Below are positions 9,398 to 19,406 of a DNA stretch of 64,000 bases, piece by piece. Both the position numbers and the translations under genes were made by a program. Origin of the DNA: Bacteroidota bacterium. GTDB lineage: Bacteria; Bacteroidota; Bacteroidia; Flavobacteriales; Flavobacteriaceae. The stretch spans positions 5,813 to 69,812 of the forward strand of contig JAYVZI010000037.1 of NCBI GenBank assembly GCA_043783485.1, written 5' to 3'. Position 1 is the stretch's first letter. Each line of letters opens with the position of its first letter. The notes under the pieces were generated by a model. It was not told where the DNA came from and searched no databases. It saw only the letters and a list, made by a program, of their open reading frames with translations.

Positions 9398-10072
9398 ATG
9401 GGAAAACTATATATTGTTCCAACGCCAATTGGCAATCTCGAGGACATGACTTTTCGTGCCATTCGAATTTTGAAAGAAGTCGATTTAATTCTTGCCGAAG
9501 ATACACGAACCAGCGGGAAACTCCTTAAACACTACGAAATTGGCACGCACATGCACAGCCATCACATGCATAATGAGCACAAAACCATCGAAAATATTAT
9601 ATCCAGATTAAAAGCTGGCGAGAATATTGCCTTAATTTCCGATGCTGGAACTCCAGCAATTTCAGATCCGGGATTTTTGCTCACTCGAGCTTGCGTAGAA
9701 AATAAAATTGATGTAGAATGTTTGCCCGGAGCAACCGCTTTTGTACCAGCGTTAGTAAATAGTGGTTTGCCCAATGATAAATTTGTTTTCGAAGGATTTT
9801 TGCCTGACAAAAAAGGAAAGCAAACCCGATTTTTGGCGCTTGCCGAAGAAACCCGGACCATGATTTTATATGTTTCGCCACACAAATTAGTAAAAACTTT
9901 AGCCGAATTTATTACCTATTTTGGCGAAGACCGACCAATTTGCGTTTCTCGAGAATTATCCAAACTTCATGAAGAAAATGTACGAGGAACGGTTCGCGAA
10001 GTTTTAACACATTTCGAAAATAAACCCCCAAAAGGAGAAATTGTTGTTGTAGTTGCTGGGAAATCTAAATAA
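9398..10072 (+). CDS. rsmI: 16S rRNA (cytidine1402-2'-O)-methyltransferase
   Basis: LYIVPTPIGNLED, AEDTR, SDAGTPAISDPG, RELSKLHEE. Confidence 0.96.
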   Translation: MGKLYIVPTPIGNLEDMTFRAIRILKEVDLILAEDTRTSGKLLKHYEIGTHMHSHHMHNEHKTIENIISRLKAGENIALISDAGTPAISDPGFLLTRACVENKIDVECLPGATAFVPALVNSGLPNDKFVFEGFLPDKKGKQTRFLALAEETRTMILYVSPHKLVKTLAEFITYFGEDRPICVSRELSKLHEENVRGTVREVLTHFENKPPKGEIVVVVAGKSK

Positions 10073-10097
10073 ATTAATTTTCAATTTTTAATAAAAT

Positions 10098-11786
10098 ATG
10101 CGCTGGACTATAAAACCAAAACCATCACAAGAAAAAATCGAAAATTTAGCTCAAGCTTTAAATATTGAAAATTTTGTTGCTTCATTATTAATTCAGCGTG
10201 GGATCGAAACTTTTGACCAAGCGCGACAATTTTTTAGACCAACTTTGCAAGATTTGCACGATCCATATTTAATGAAAGATATGGAAAAAGCCGTCGAACG
10301 AATCGAAAAAGCCATCGAAAATCAGGAAAATATTTTGGTTTTTGGCGATTACGATGTAGATGGAACAACGGCAGTCTCCTTGGTTTCCAGTTATCTAAAA
10401 ACCTATTATCCAAACGTAGCGACTTATATTCCAGACAGATATGACGAAGGTTATGGAATATCTTACAAAGGAATCGATTTTGCAGATGACAACCAATTTT
10501 CGTTAATAATTGCTTTAGATTGCGGTATAAAATCCATAGATCATGTAGCTTATGCCAAAGAGCGAAACATCGATTTTATTATTTGCGATCACCACAGACC
10601 AGGCGATATTTTGCCAAATGCAGTTGCAGTTCTTGATCCAAAACGGGACGATTGCAATTATCCATACGATGAACTTTGCGGTTGCGGAATTGGTTTTAAA
10701 CTCATTCAAGCTCTTGGTGAAAATCGTGGAGAAAACATAGATGATTTGATTCCTTATCTAGATTTAGTTGCTACGGCAATTGCTGCGGATATTGTTCCTA
10801 TGACTGGCGAAAATAGGGTTTTAGCTCACTTTGGATTGCAAGTTATCAATCAAGATCCACGACCAGGAATTCAAGCATTAATTCAAAATATTAAGAAAAA
10901 AGAACTAACAATAACCGATGTCGTTTTTATAATTGCACCAAGAATAAACGCTGCGGGACGCATAAAACATGGCAACGAAGCAGTTGCATTATTGTCGGAA
11001 TTTGATTTTGATCAAGCACAACAATTTGCATCGGAAATAGAATTATACAATTCCGAAAGGAAAGATCTAGACAAGCAAATTACCTTCGAAGCGCTCAATC
11101 AAATTGAAGAAAATAACGAACAAAACCGATTTACAAACGTAGTATTTCAGGAAGATTGGCACAAAGGGGTTATAGGAATTGTGGCTTCTAGATTAATAGA
11201 AACGTATTACAAACCAACATTAGTCTTCACGAAAAGTGGCGATAAGTATGCTGCATCGGCACGTTCCGTAAAAGGGTTTGATGTTTACAATGCTTTAGAA
11301 AGTTGCGCGGAACATCTTGAGCAATTTGGCGGACATATGTATGCCGCAGGAATGACTTTATTGCCAGAAAATTATCAGAATTTCAAGAATGCGTTCGAAA
11401 AAGTGGTTCAAGAAACTATTCCCCCAGAATTACTAATTCCAGAAATTGCAATCGATGCCGAAATAGATTTTGCAGATATTACTCCAAAATTGACTAGAAT
11501 CCTAAAACAATTCGAGCCTTTTGGACCGCAAAATATGACGCCAGTTTTTTTAACCAAAAACATAAAAGACACTGGTTACGGTAAGACCATGGGAAAGGAG
11601 GAGGAGCATCTTAAACTTTTTGTAAAACAAAATAACTCCGACGGAATTGCAGCTATTGGTTTTGGATTAGGAAAAAAATTAGAGATTACAAAAAACCAAA
11701 ATCCTTTCGAAGCAGTTTACAATATTGATGAAAATGAGTTTAACGGAAAAGTTGATATTCAGCTAAAATTGAAGGATTTGAAATAA
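10098..11786 (+). CDS. recJ: ssDNA-specific exonuclease RecJ
   Basis: GDYDVDG, DCG, DHH, PRINAAGR, GGHMYAAG, LxxFEPFG. Confidence 0.96.
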   Translation: MRWTIKPKPSQEKIENLAQALNIENFVASLLIQRGIETFDQARQFFRPTLQDLHDPYLMKDMEKAVERIEKAIENQENILVFGDYDVDGTTAVSLVSSYLKTYYPNVATYIPDRYDEGYGISYKGIDFADDNQFSLIIALDCGIKSIDHVAYAKERNIDFIICDHHRPGDILPNAVAVLDPKRDDCNYPYDELCGCGIGFKLIQALGENRGENIDDLIPYLDLVATAIAADIVPMTGENRVLAHFGLQVINQDPRPGIQALIQNIKKKELTITDVVFIIAPRINAAGRIKHGNEAVALLSEFDFDQAQQFASEIELYNSERKDLDKQITFEALNQIEENNEQNRFTNVVFQEDWHKGVIGIVASRLIETYYKPTLVFTKSGDKYAASARSVKGFDVYNALESCAEHLEQFGGHMYAAGMTLLPENYQNFKNAFEKVVQETIPPELLIPEIAIDAEIDFADITPKLTRILKQFEPFGPQNMTPVFLTKNIKDTGYGKTMGKEEEHLKLFVKQNNSDGIAAIGFGLGKKLEITKNQNPFEAVYNIDENEFNGKVDIQLKLKDLK

Positions 11787-11787
11787 A

Positions 11788-12543
11788 TTATCCAAACTTT
11801 TTAAGTTCAAACTTTTCGCCATCAAAAACGCCATAAGTAAAATATCCAATCCAATCGCCAAGATTTACATATTCGGAGTTTTCGCCAACTTTTAGAACCA
11901 TTGGCAAATGTCGGTGCCCAAAAATCAAGTAATTATAATGTTTGGTTTCGAGTTTTCGTTTGGAATAAATGACCAACCATTCGTTTTCTTCGCCAAGAAA
12001 TTTCACGTCTTCATCGCCCGAGATTAGTTTGTTTTTTACAGATAGGTATTGTGCTAACTTCATTCCAATATCTGGATGCAACCATCGATAAACCCATTTA
12101 GAAACAGGATTTGTAAACACTTTTTTCATGCGTTTGTAACCTTTGTCGCCAGGTCCTTTTCCGTCGCCATGTCCAATTAAAAAAGTTTTTTCGCCAAAAG
12201 TAAATTCTTGATTGTCATGAAAAACAGGAATGTTGAGTTCTTTCTGGAAATAATTATCCATCCATAAATCGTGGTTTCCAACAAAAAAATAAATGGGAAT
12301 TCCGCTGTCTCTAATTTCTGCAAGTTTGCCAAGAACACGAACAAAACCTTTTGGAACAACGGTTTTGTATTCGAACCAAAAATCGAATAAATCTCCAAGA
12401 AGAAAAATAGCTTCGGCATCTTTTTTTACTTCGTCAAGCCAAGCAACAAATTTTTGTTCACGAGGAAAACTCAATTCCGGAGTTGGCGCTCCAAAATGTT
12501 GATCAGAAGCAAAGTATATCTTTTTGTGGTTTGGTAACTGCAT
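11788..12543 (-). CDS. lpxH: UDP-2,3-diacylglucosamine diphosphatase (metallophosphoesterase)
   Basis: SDQHFG, GDLFDFW, GNHD, HGDG, GHRH, NLGDW. Confidence 0.85.
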   Translation of the reverse strand: MQLPNHKKIYFASDQHFGAPTPELSFPREQKFVAWLDEVKKDAEAIFLLGDLFDFWFEYKTVVPKGFVRVLGKLAEIRDSGIPIYFFVGNHDLWMDNYFQKELNIPVFHDNQEFTFGEKTFLIGHGDGKGPGDKGYKRMKKVFTNPVSKWVYRWLHPDIGMKLAQYLSVKNKLISGDEDVKFLGEENEWLVIYSKRKLETKHYNYLIFGHRHLPMVLKVGENSEYVNLGDWIGYFTYGVFDGEKFELKKFG

Positions 12544-12755
12544 TTTGAAAATTGAAAAATCAAATGTATGAAATGTTGTTCACTTTTTGAATATATATTA
12601 AACAGGATTTGATTTTAAAAAAAGATTATTAAATAGTTATAAAAAATAAATACTTAAATATTCGTTAAAAAAAATGTAAATTGCGCAGCTAAAAAAAAAT
12701 CAGCACAAATAATTTTTTAAAATAAGCCCGAAATTAACCTAATAAGAATGCTTTT

Positions 12756-15700
12756 ATGACAAAAAAAATATATTTTTTAGTTTTTTTAAATTTATTTATA
12801 TTTCAAAAATCCTTTTCACAATGTTTTGAAATAGAAAGTATTTTAGTTGATGCTTGCGATTCAGGAACGACCCCAACCGATGAAGGTTATAATGAAATGG
12901 TTCGTTTTAAAGTTGGTACATCTGCAATAAATACTAGTACATTAAATGTGAATTGGCCTAGTAATTCTTGGCTGGGTCTCATTCAAAACGCAACAACAGC
13001 TAGCAATGTAGCGGCATTAAATGCTCAAATAACCGCTGCTGGTGGTTGTGGTCAATTAATACAGCCAGTGGGCAGTGTCTTGCCTGCAAACGCGCAAGTT
13101 ATTTTAGTAACTAGTTATAAACTTAACATAGCTTTGAATTATTTTGGTGCAATTACTCAAAACATATATATAATTTTTCAAAATAACGCAACCACTAACT
13201 CAGGTCATTTTGGAAATTACAATGTAACTCCTGCTTTGCGAACTTTGGTTATTAATTTTGGAGCTTGCAGTGATACTGTTACCTATCAAAGAGCTTCATT
13301 AGTAAATACATCTGGAACAACTGGAGGAACATCTGCCCAAAATAACGGAGCAACTGTGAACTTTACTCCATCGGGAACTGCGACTTACACCAATAATGGT
13401 TGTGTTGCTCCAGTAAATGTTTTTACGGTAGATGCAGGAAATAATACATTAAATGCTTGTGCAGGAGAAACTATTTCCTTGTTAGGAACTGCTTTTGGAC
13501 AACAAAGTGTATTGTGGACAGCACCAAGCGGAACTTTTTCAACGCCAAATGCACTAAGTACAAATTATACTTTGAGCGCAACTGCAAGCGGAACTGTTAT
13601 ACTGACTTTGACGGCCACAAACACTTGTTTGAAAACAAAATCTAGTACAATAACTGTAAATGTAAAACCATCAACAATACCAACATTTTCAGCCTTAGCT
13701 CCAATTTGTTCCGGAGATCCTGCGCCAGTTTTGCCTCCAACTTCCAGTAATGGAATTACAGGATCTTGGTCGCCAGCAGTTAATAATACAGCATCTGGTA
13801 CTTATACTTTTACTCCAGATCCAGGACAATGTGCTGCTTCTACAACCCTTGATGTAGTCGTAAACACAACATGTGCTTTTGGTAGTTATGCAAGTGCGGT
13901 TTGGATTACTAACTGTGCTACATCTGATTTTTATAATACAGTTGGAGCTGGAACAAGCCTTATTGGCCCTGCGGCAAATACTTTTACAAATAATTATTTC
14001 GGTACGTTTATTCAAAATTCGAGTGCTTTGAAATTGAGAGGTGCTGAGATAAAAACTTTCAAATCTGCCTCATCTAATGTTTGTAGTGCAAGCTTAAATT
14101 ATAGAGTTTATGCTCAATCGGCAACGCCAGGAACATTTACCGTACTGAACTTGCCTTTTTTCGAAAATTGTGGAGCTGGAACTTTCCCAAGTGGAGGACC
14201 TTGTACTCCTGGTGATCAAAAATGGCAAAGAGTTCTTACAGATGCGCAATCTCCAGTTGATTTGACCGCATATCCTCCGGGTAATTATGTTGTCGAAGTT
14301 TTTTATGATGTTACAGGAGATTTGAGTTCAACAACTTTGTGTCGTGATACGATTTTGATCGATAATAACGGAGTCAATTTCAAAGCGACATTTACCATTC
14401 AATCCACACCAACTTATACCTTTACTAATCCTACAACTTGTAACGGAACAAATGGGTCGATTACTATTTTTGGTTTGGCTCCAAACACGACTTATAGTTT
14501 GACTTATTTGTTTGGAGCAACAACGGTTGGCCCAACAGATTTTTTATCGGATGCATTAGGGCAAATTGTTATTAATGGTTTAGGAATAGGTTCGTATTCT
14601 AATTTTGCATTAACAGCAAATAGTTGTACAGATACAAACCCTGCGATAATTACGCTTTCTAATCCTGTTATCACTCCAACATTTACGGCAGTAGCAGCAA
14701 TATGTTCTGGAGATTTACTAGATCCATTACCAACAACTTCGGATAACGGAATAACAGGTTCGTGGTCACCAGCATTAAGTAATACAGCAAGCGATGTTTA
14801 CACTTTTATGCCAGATAACGGACAGTGTGCCACAACAACTACTTTATCTATTACTGTAAATGCAAAGGTTACACCAACATTTACGGCAGTAGCGCCAATT
14901 TGTTCAGGAACTGCATTAGCAGCATTGCCTCTAATTTCTAACAACGGAATTACAGGATCTTGGTCACCAGCATTAAGCAATACAGCAAGCGATGTTTACA
15001 CTTTTATGCCAGATAACGGGCAATGTGCCACATCAACTACTTTATCTATTACTGTAAATGCTAAGGTTACACCAACATTTACAGCAGTGTCGCCAATTTG
15101 CAACGGATCATTGCCAATACCATTGCCAACTACATCCAATAACGGAATTACGGGTTCTTGGTCCCCAGCATTGAGCACTACGGCAAGTAATACGTACACA
15201 TTTACTCCATCTGGTGGTCAATGTGCAATTGCTACAACTCTGGCGGTAACGGTTTTAGATGCTTTCGATTTTGAAATTACGGGCGGATGTTTAGATAATA
15301 AATTTGTGCTTCAAGTTGCGTCATTAGCAGGAACGTTCGATGTTAATAATGCAAGTTACAACTGGCAAGATAACGCAACAAATGTGGGAACAAATGATCC
15401 AGTTTTTGATGTTTCTGAATATTTAAATTCAACTCCTGCAACGGAATTATTACCAATCATGTTTTCTGTAACCGTCACAAAAGATGGTTGTCCTAAAACC
15501 AAAACTTTTGATGTAGTTAAGGTTTATTGCGATATTCAAAAAGGGATTTCTCCTAATAATGATAATAAAAACGACTTTTTTGATTTGAGTTTATTAAATG
15601 TAAAAAATCTTGAAATATTTAATCGTTACGGAACCAAAGTGTACAGTAAATCGAACTATTCTAAAGAATGGATTGGTCAAGCCGATAACGGAAACGAATT

Positions 15701-15785
15701 GCCAGACGGAACGTATTATTATGTTATAGATTTAGGCAACGAAACCAAAACAGGTTGGATTTATATCAACAGAGAACGTAAATAA
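12756..15785 (+). CDS. T9SS type-B CTD (gliding-motility-associated C-terminal domain) surface protein with tandem repeats
   Basis: Signal peptide; Thr/Ser/Cys-rich repeats; C-term GISPNNDNKNDFF..IFNRYG..W.G..LPDGTYYY. Confidence 0.9.
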   Translation: MTKKIYFLVFLNLFIFQKSFSQCFEIESILVDACDSGTTPTDEGYNEMVRFKVGTSAINTSTLNVNWPSNSWLGLIQNATTASNVAALNAQITAAGGCGQLIQPVGSVLPANAQVILVTSYKLNIALNYFGAITQNIYIIFQNNATTNSGHFGNYNVTPALRTLVINFGACSDTVTYQRASLVNTSGTTGGTSAQNNGATVNFTPSGTATYTNNGCVAPVNVFTVDAGNNTLNACAGETISLLGTAFGQQSVLWTAPSGTFSTPNALSTNYTLSATASGTVILTLTATNTCLKTKSSTITVNVKPSTIPTFSALAPICSGDPAPVLPPTSSNGITGSWSPAVNNTASGTYTFTPDPGQCAASTTLDVVVNTTCAFGSYASAVWITNCATSDFYNTVGAGTSLIGPAANTFTNNYFGTFIQNSSALKLRGAEIKTFKSASSNVCSASLNYRVYAQSATPGTFTVLNLPFFENCGAGTFPSGGPCTPGDQKWQRVLTDAQSPVDLTAYPPGNYVVEVFYDVTGDLSSTTLCRDTILIDNNGVNFKATFTIQSTPTYTFTNPTTCNGTNGSITIFGLAPNTTYSLTYLFGATTVGPTDFLSDALGQIVINGLGIGSYSNFALTANSCTDTNPAIITLSNPVITPTFTAVAAICSGDLLDPLPTTSDNGITGSWSPALSNTASDVYTFMPDNGQCATTTTLSITVNAKVTPTFTAVAPICSGTALAALPLISNNGITGSWSPALSNTASDVYTFMPDNGQCATSTTLSITVNAKVTPTFTAVSPICNGSLPIPLPTTSNNGITGSWSPALSTTASNTYTFTPSGGQCAIATTLAVTVLDAFDFEITGGCLDNKFVLQVASLAGTFDVNNASYNWQDNATNVGTNDPVFDVSEYLNSTPATELLPIMFSVTVTKDGCPKTKTFDVVKVYCDIQKGISPNNDNKNDFFDLSLLNVKNLEIFNRYGTKVYSKSNYSKEWIGQADNGNELPDGTYYYVIDLGNETKTGWIYINRERK
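14676..15252 (+). repeat. Three tandem 198-bp (66-aa) intragenic repeats; a fourth copy starts at 13680
   Basis: PTF..V..IC.G...LP..S.NGITGSWSPA units start at 14676, 14874 and 15072. Confidence 0.9.
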
Positions 15786-15838
15786 AAAAAATCCGAACTG
15801 AGTTTTAAAATTTAGTTCCGAAACATAAAAAAAATCAA

Positions 15839-16762
15839 ATGAAGAAAATATATGTTGTTATTCTGATAACATTTACGGGGTTATTTGAGGTTCAAGCACA
15901 GCAAGATCCGCATTATACTCAGTACATGTACAATATGAATGTCGTCAATCCGGCTTATGCAGGATCTAAGGAAAACCTAACTTTTGGATTATTATACAGA
16001 AAACAATGGATAGAAATTGAGGGTGCGCCATCCACATTTACCTTCTCGGGATCAACCCCTGTTGGTAAAAATGTTGGAGTTGGATTGTCTGTAATTTCAG
16101 ATATAATTGGTCCGGTCGAAGAAAATAATATCTACGGAGATTTTTCATATACCTTAAATCTTGGAGGCGAACGTCGATTGGCTTTTGGAGTAAAAGCTGG
16201 AGCAACATTACACAGAGTAGGTTTGTTTAGCAAGATAGGAAACGGATATGTTCCTAATGCTGGCGATGACGGATTTGCAGAGGATACAAGCAATTCATTT
16301 TTCAATGTGGGATCAGGATTGTTTTATTATACAGATAAATATTACTTAGCAATTTCAGTTCCAAATATGCTAAAATCCACTTATTTGGATTACAATGGCA
16401 GAAGATTTGGAACCCAAACCCCACATTATTTCCTAACAGGAGGATATGTTTTCGATTTGTCACCAACGCTGAAATTCAAGCCATTTACAATGATAAAATC
16501 TGCAATTGGAGCGCCAGTTTCGGTTGATTTATCTACTAATTTCTTGTTTAATGAAAAATTCGAAATAGGAGCAACTTACAGGCTTCAGGACAGTTTTGGC
16601 GCTATAGTAAACTATACAATAAATCCTAGTTTAAAGATAGGATATGCTTACGATCACATAGTTTCGGATCTAAAAGTTACCACGCCATCATCTCACGAAA
16701 TTATTCTTTTGTTTGATTTAAATTTTCCTAAAAAAATATCTCGTTCACCAAGATACTTCTAA
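15839..16762 (+). CDS. PorP/SprF-family T9SS membrane protein
   Basis: QQDPHYTQYMYN..NPAYAG, YRKQW, GYAYD, SHEI, SPRYF; follows a type-B CTD gene. Confidence 0.93.
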   Translation: MKKIYVVILITFTGLFEVQAQQDPHYTQYMYNMNVVNPAYAGSKENLTFGLLYRKQWIEIEGAPSTFTFSGSTPVGKNVGVGLSVISDIIGPVEENNIYGDFSYTLNLGGERRLAFGVKAGATLHRVGLFSKIGNGYVPNAGDDGFAEDTSNSFFNVGSGLFYYTDKYYLAISVPNMLKSTYLDYNGRRFGTQTPHYFLTGGYVFDLSPTLKFKPFTMIKSAIGAPVSVDLSTNFLFNEKFEIGATYRLQDSFGAIVNYTINPSLKIGYAYDHIVSDLKVTTPSSHEIILLFDLNFPKKISRSPRYF

Positions 16763-16780
16763 TATAAAGCCACCATAATA

Positions 16781-18655
16781 ATGAAAAACATATATATAGC
16801 ATTTTGTTTCCTAGCAATAAGTCTGTCGATAAATGCACAAAATAAAGCAACAAAAAATGCGGATAAATTATTCAATCAATTCGAATATATTGCAGCAACT
16901 AATGCTTATCTAAAATTAGTAAACGCTAATAATGCCGATGCTTATGTTTATAAACAATTAGCAGATTGTAATTTCTTTTCGGGAAATAATATCGAGGCCG
17001 AAAAATTTTATGCACTTGCAACCAAAACAACTCAAAATCCAGAAACCTATTTTCGATTTGCCCAAACGCTAAAAAGTAATAAAAAATACGAGGAAGCAAA
17101 CAAACAAATGCATCAATTTGCAGCCAAATCGCCAAATGATTCGAGAGCAAAAGCATTTAATTCAAATCCAGATTACATACAGAAATTGCTTGCTTTAGAA
17201 AAAGGTTACGACATAAAATCTTTAGATGGAAACAACGAAAAATCTGATTTTGGAGGATTAATAAACAACGATTCTTTTTATTTTGTAAGCGCCAGAAATA
17301 CCGCAAATAAAACGTATGGTAGAAATAACGAACCTTTTTTAGACATTTATAAAGAAAGTTACAATGCCGATGGATCAATTGCAAAAGCAATTTTAGTTTC
17401 GGAGCTAAACTCAAAATACCATGACGGACCCGTAACGCTATCAAAAGATGGAAAAACCATATATTTTGCAAGCGAAAGTTTTAGAGTAAACAACTTTCAA
17501 AAAGATCCATTATATAAAAACAAAATGGGTCAAATTTATCTTTTTAAAGCCACAAAAAATGGAGATAAATGGGAAAACATTTCGTCATTATCAATCAATA
17601 ATCAAGCCTATTCAAACAGTAATGCAAGCCTAAGTCAAGACGGAAAAACATTGTATTTTTCATCAAACAGACCAGGAAGTATAGGCGGATTTGATATCTG
17701 GAAAGTTGCCGTAAATCAAGACGAAACTCTAGGAAATCCAGAAAATTTAGGAGCTAAAATAAACACCGAAGGCGATGAAACATTTCCATTTATTTCGGAT
17801 GACAACAAAACATTGTTTTTCTCATCAAATGGGCTGCAAGGACTTGGCGGATTTGATGTTTTTCAGTTGGATTTGACCAAATCTAATTCGGAGGTTTTAA
17901 ATCTTGCAAAACCCGTAAATAGCGAAAAAGATGATTTTTCGTTTAGTTTTAATAACCAAAAAAACATGGGATTTTTCTCCAGTAACAGATCGGGTCAAGA
18001 CGATATTTATCAAGCCAATCCAATTTGCAAATTAGATATTGAAACTATTGTTAGCAACGCAAAAACGGGAGCAATTATCACAGATGCGAAAATTTCTATT
18101 TTAGACGAAAACAAAACAATTGTTGCAAAAGGAATTAGCGATGCAAATGGCGCGTATTTATCAAAGTTAGAATGCGAAAAGATGTACACAATTCAAGCAT
18201 CAAAAGACGGATTTGAAAACAATGCTTTTGTAGTTTCTAAAACTAGCAAAGCAACTCAAATCAAAGCCGATATTGCGCTACAAACTATAGATGTTGTGGT
18301 TACCGAAACCGAAATTATTCTAAAACCTATTTATTTCGAACTCAACAAAAGCAATATTACAAGCCAAGGCGCAGCCGAATTAGATAAATTGGTTCTTGTA
18401 ATGAAAAACAATACGGAGTTGATTATCATGGCAAATTCCCATACTGATAATAGAGGCGATGACAATTATAACTTGGATTTATCCCAAAAACGAGCCAAAT
18501 CTACAGTAGATTATATACTTTCGAAAGGCATTGAAGCGGCCAGAATTTCTGGAAAAGGATTTGGAGAAACTAAACCAAAGGTAGATTGTCAAGGAAAATG
18601 TTCGGACGTAGAATATGCACTAAACAGACGTTCGGAGTTTTTAATCGTGAAATAA
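16781..18655 (+). CDS. OmpA-family protein (TPR, PD40 propeller, CarboxypepD-like and OmpA domains; PorE-like)
   Basis: LYFSSNRPG..GGFDIW repeats, IYFELNKS, SHTDNRG, LSQKRA, NRRSEF. Confidence 0.9.
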   Translation: MKNIYIAFCFLAISLSINAQNKATKNADKLFNQFEYIAATNAYLKLVNANNADAYVYKQLADCNFFSGNNIEAEKFYALATKTTQNPETYFRFAQTLKSNKKYEEANKQMHQFAAKSPNDSRAKAFNSNPDYIQKLLALEKGYDIKSLDGNNEKSDFGGLINNDSFYFVSARNTANKTYGRNNEPFLDIYKESYNADGSIAKAILVSELNSKYHDGPVTLSKDGKTIYFASESFRVNNFQKDPLYKNKMGQIYLFKATKNGDKWENISSLSINNQAYSNSNASLSQDGKTLYFSSNRPGSIGGFDIWKVAVNQDETLGNPENLGAKINTEGDETFPFISDDNKTLFFSSNGLQGLGGFDVFQLDLTKSNSEVLNLAKPVNSEKDDFSFSFNNQKNMGFFSSNRSGQDDIYQANPICKLDIETIVSNAKTGAIITDAKISILDENKTIVAKGISDANGAYLSKLECEKMYTIQASKDGFENNAFVVSKTSKATQIKADIALQTIDVVVTETEIILKPIYFELNKSNITSQGAAELDKLVLVMKNNTELIIMANSHTDNRGDDNYNLDLSQKRAKSTVDYILSKGIEAARISGKGFGETKPKVDCQGKCSDVEYALNRRSEFLIVK

Positions 18656-18672
18656 AAATTAATATATAAACC

Positions 18673-18705
18673 AAAAAAACCGAGTATATCGCTCGGTCTT
18701 TTTTT
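18673..18705. terminator. Bidirectional terminator
   Basis: AAAAAAACCGAG-TATATCG-CTCGGTCTTTTTT between convergent genes. Confidence 0.7.
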
Positions 18706-18720
18706 GATATTTTTTAAAAA

Positions 18721-19173
18721 CTATTCATTATCAATAGCAAACCATTCCGCGAACGAAGTTTCGGTTTCCTGAAGCCTCAAGGAATGTAAACTTACATTAC
18801 TTGGCAAACGATTTTTTATTTTTTGAGCAAAATCTACAACCATGTTTTCGCTAGTTGGCTGATAATCAACTAAAATAACGTGATGTCCACGTGTTTTTAA
18901 CTCATGAGCCAATTCTAAGTGAGGCGTTGTTTCGTTAAAAACAGTTGCGTGATCAAATTGATCTACGATTTCTTCTTTTACAATTTTTTTTAAATCAGAA
19001 AAATCAATTACCATTCCAAACTTTACATTATTTCTATCCTCAATCGGGGTTCCAATTACGGTAACCGAAAGTTTATAACTATGACCATGAACATTTTTGC
19101 ATTTCCCGTCATAACCATAAAGTGCGTGGCCAGTTTCGAAACTAAATTGCTTTGTAATTCGGATTTTACTCAT
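18721..19173 (-). CDS. queD: 6-carboxytetrahydropterin synthase (PTPS/QueD family)
   Basis: GHAL..CKNVHGHSY, DH, PTSEN, ETE. Confidence 0.9.
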   Translation of the reverse strand: MSKIRITKQFSFETGHALYGYDGKCKNVHGHSYKLSVTVIGTPIEDRNNVKFGMVIDFSDLKKIVKEEIVDQFDHATVFNETTPHLELAHELKTRGHHVILVDYQPTSENMVVDFAQKIKNRLPSNVSLHSLRLQETETSFAEWFAIDNE

Positions 19174-19259
19174 TATCGATTTATTTTAATGCAAATTTAG
19201 TGAATTGATAGGATTTTAATAGCATTTTGTTTTTTTGCTTTTTTAAAAATAAAAAATAC

Positions 19260-19267
19260 TATATTTG
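19260..19267 (+). promoter_or_regulatory. -7 element (TATATTTG) for tRNA-Ala
   Basis: TAnnTTTG 10 nt upstream of the tRNA; a divergent TAAATTTG at 19199-19192 serves queD. Confidence 0.6.
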
Positions 19268-19277
19268 CCTTAAGTTT

Positions 19278-19351
19278 GGGGGATTAGCTCATTTGGCTAG
19301 AGCGCTTGCCTGGCAGGCAAGAGGTGGTCGGTTCGAATCCGATATTCTCCA
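19278..19351 (+). tRNA. tRNA-Ala (anticodon GGC)
   Basis: Cloverleaf: GGGGGAT/ATTCTCC acceptor with G3-U70, GCTC/GAGC D stem, CTTGC-CTGGCAG-GCAAG anticodon arm, GTCGG-TTCGAAT-CCGAT T arm; CCA not encoded. Confidence 0.97.
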
Positions 19352-19352
19352 C

Positions 19353-19392
19353 AAAAAAACGCACTGCTTTTTTGCAGTGCGTTTTTGTTTTT
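19353..19392. terminator. Bidirectional terminator
   Basis: AAAAAAACGCACTGC-TTTTTT-GCAGTGCGTTTTT. Confidence 0.75.
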
Positions 19393-19406
19393 AGGGCAAA
19401 AAAGGT

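Noticed and set aside
14676-15252. Regularly spaced repeats as a possible CRISPR array or DGR template
   Set aside because: They are in-frame 198-bp coding repeats with no spacers, and no cas or reverse transcriptase gene is in the window.
19278-19400. tRNA-Ala as an island integration site
   Set aside because: No integrase and no duplicated tRNA 3' end seen in the window.
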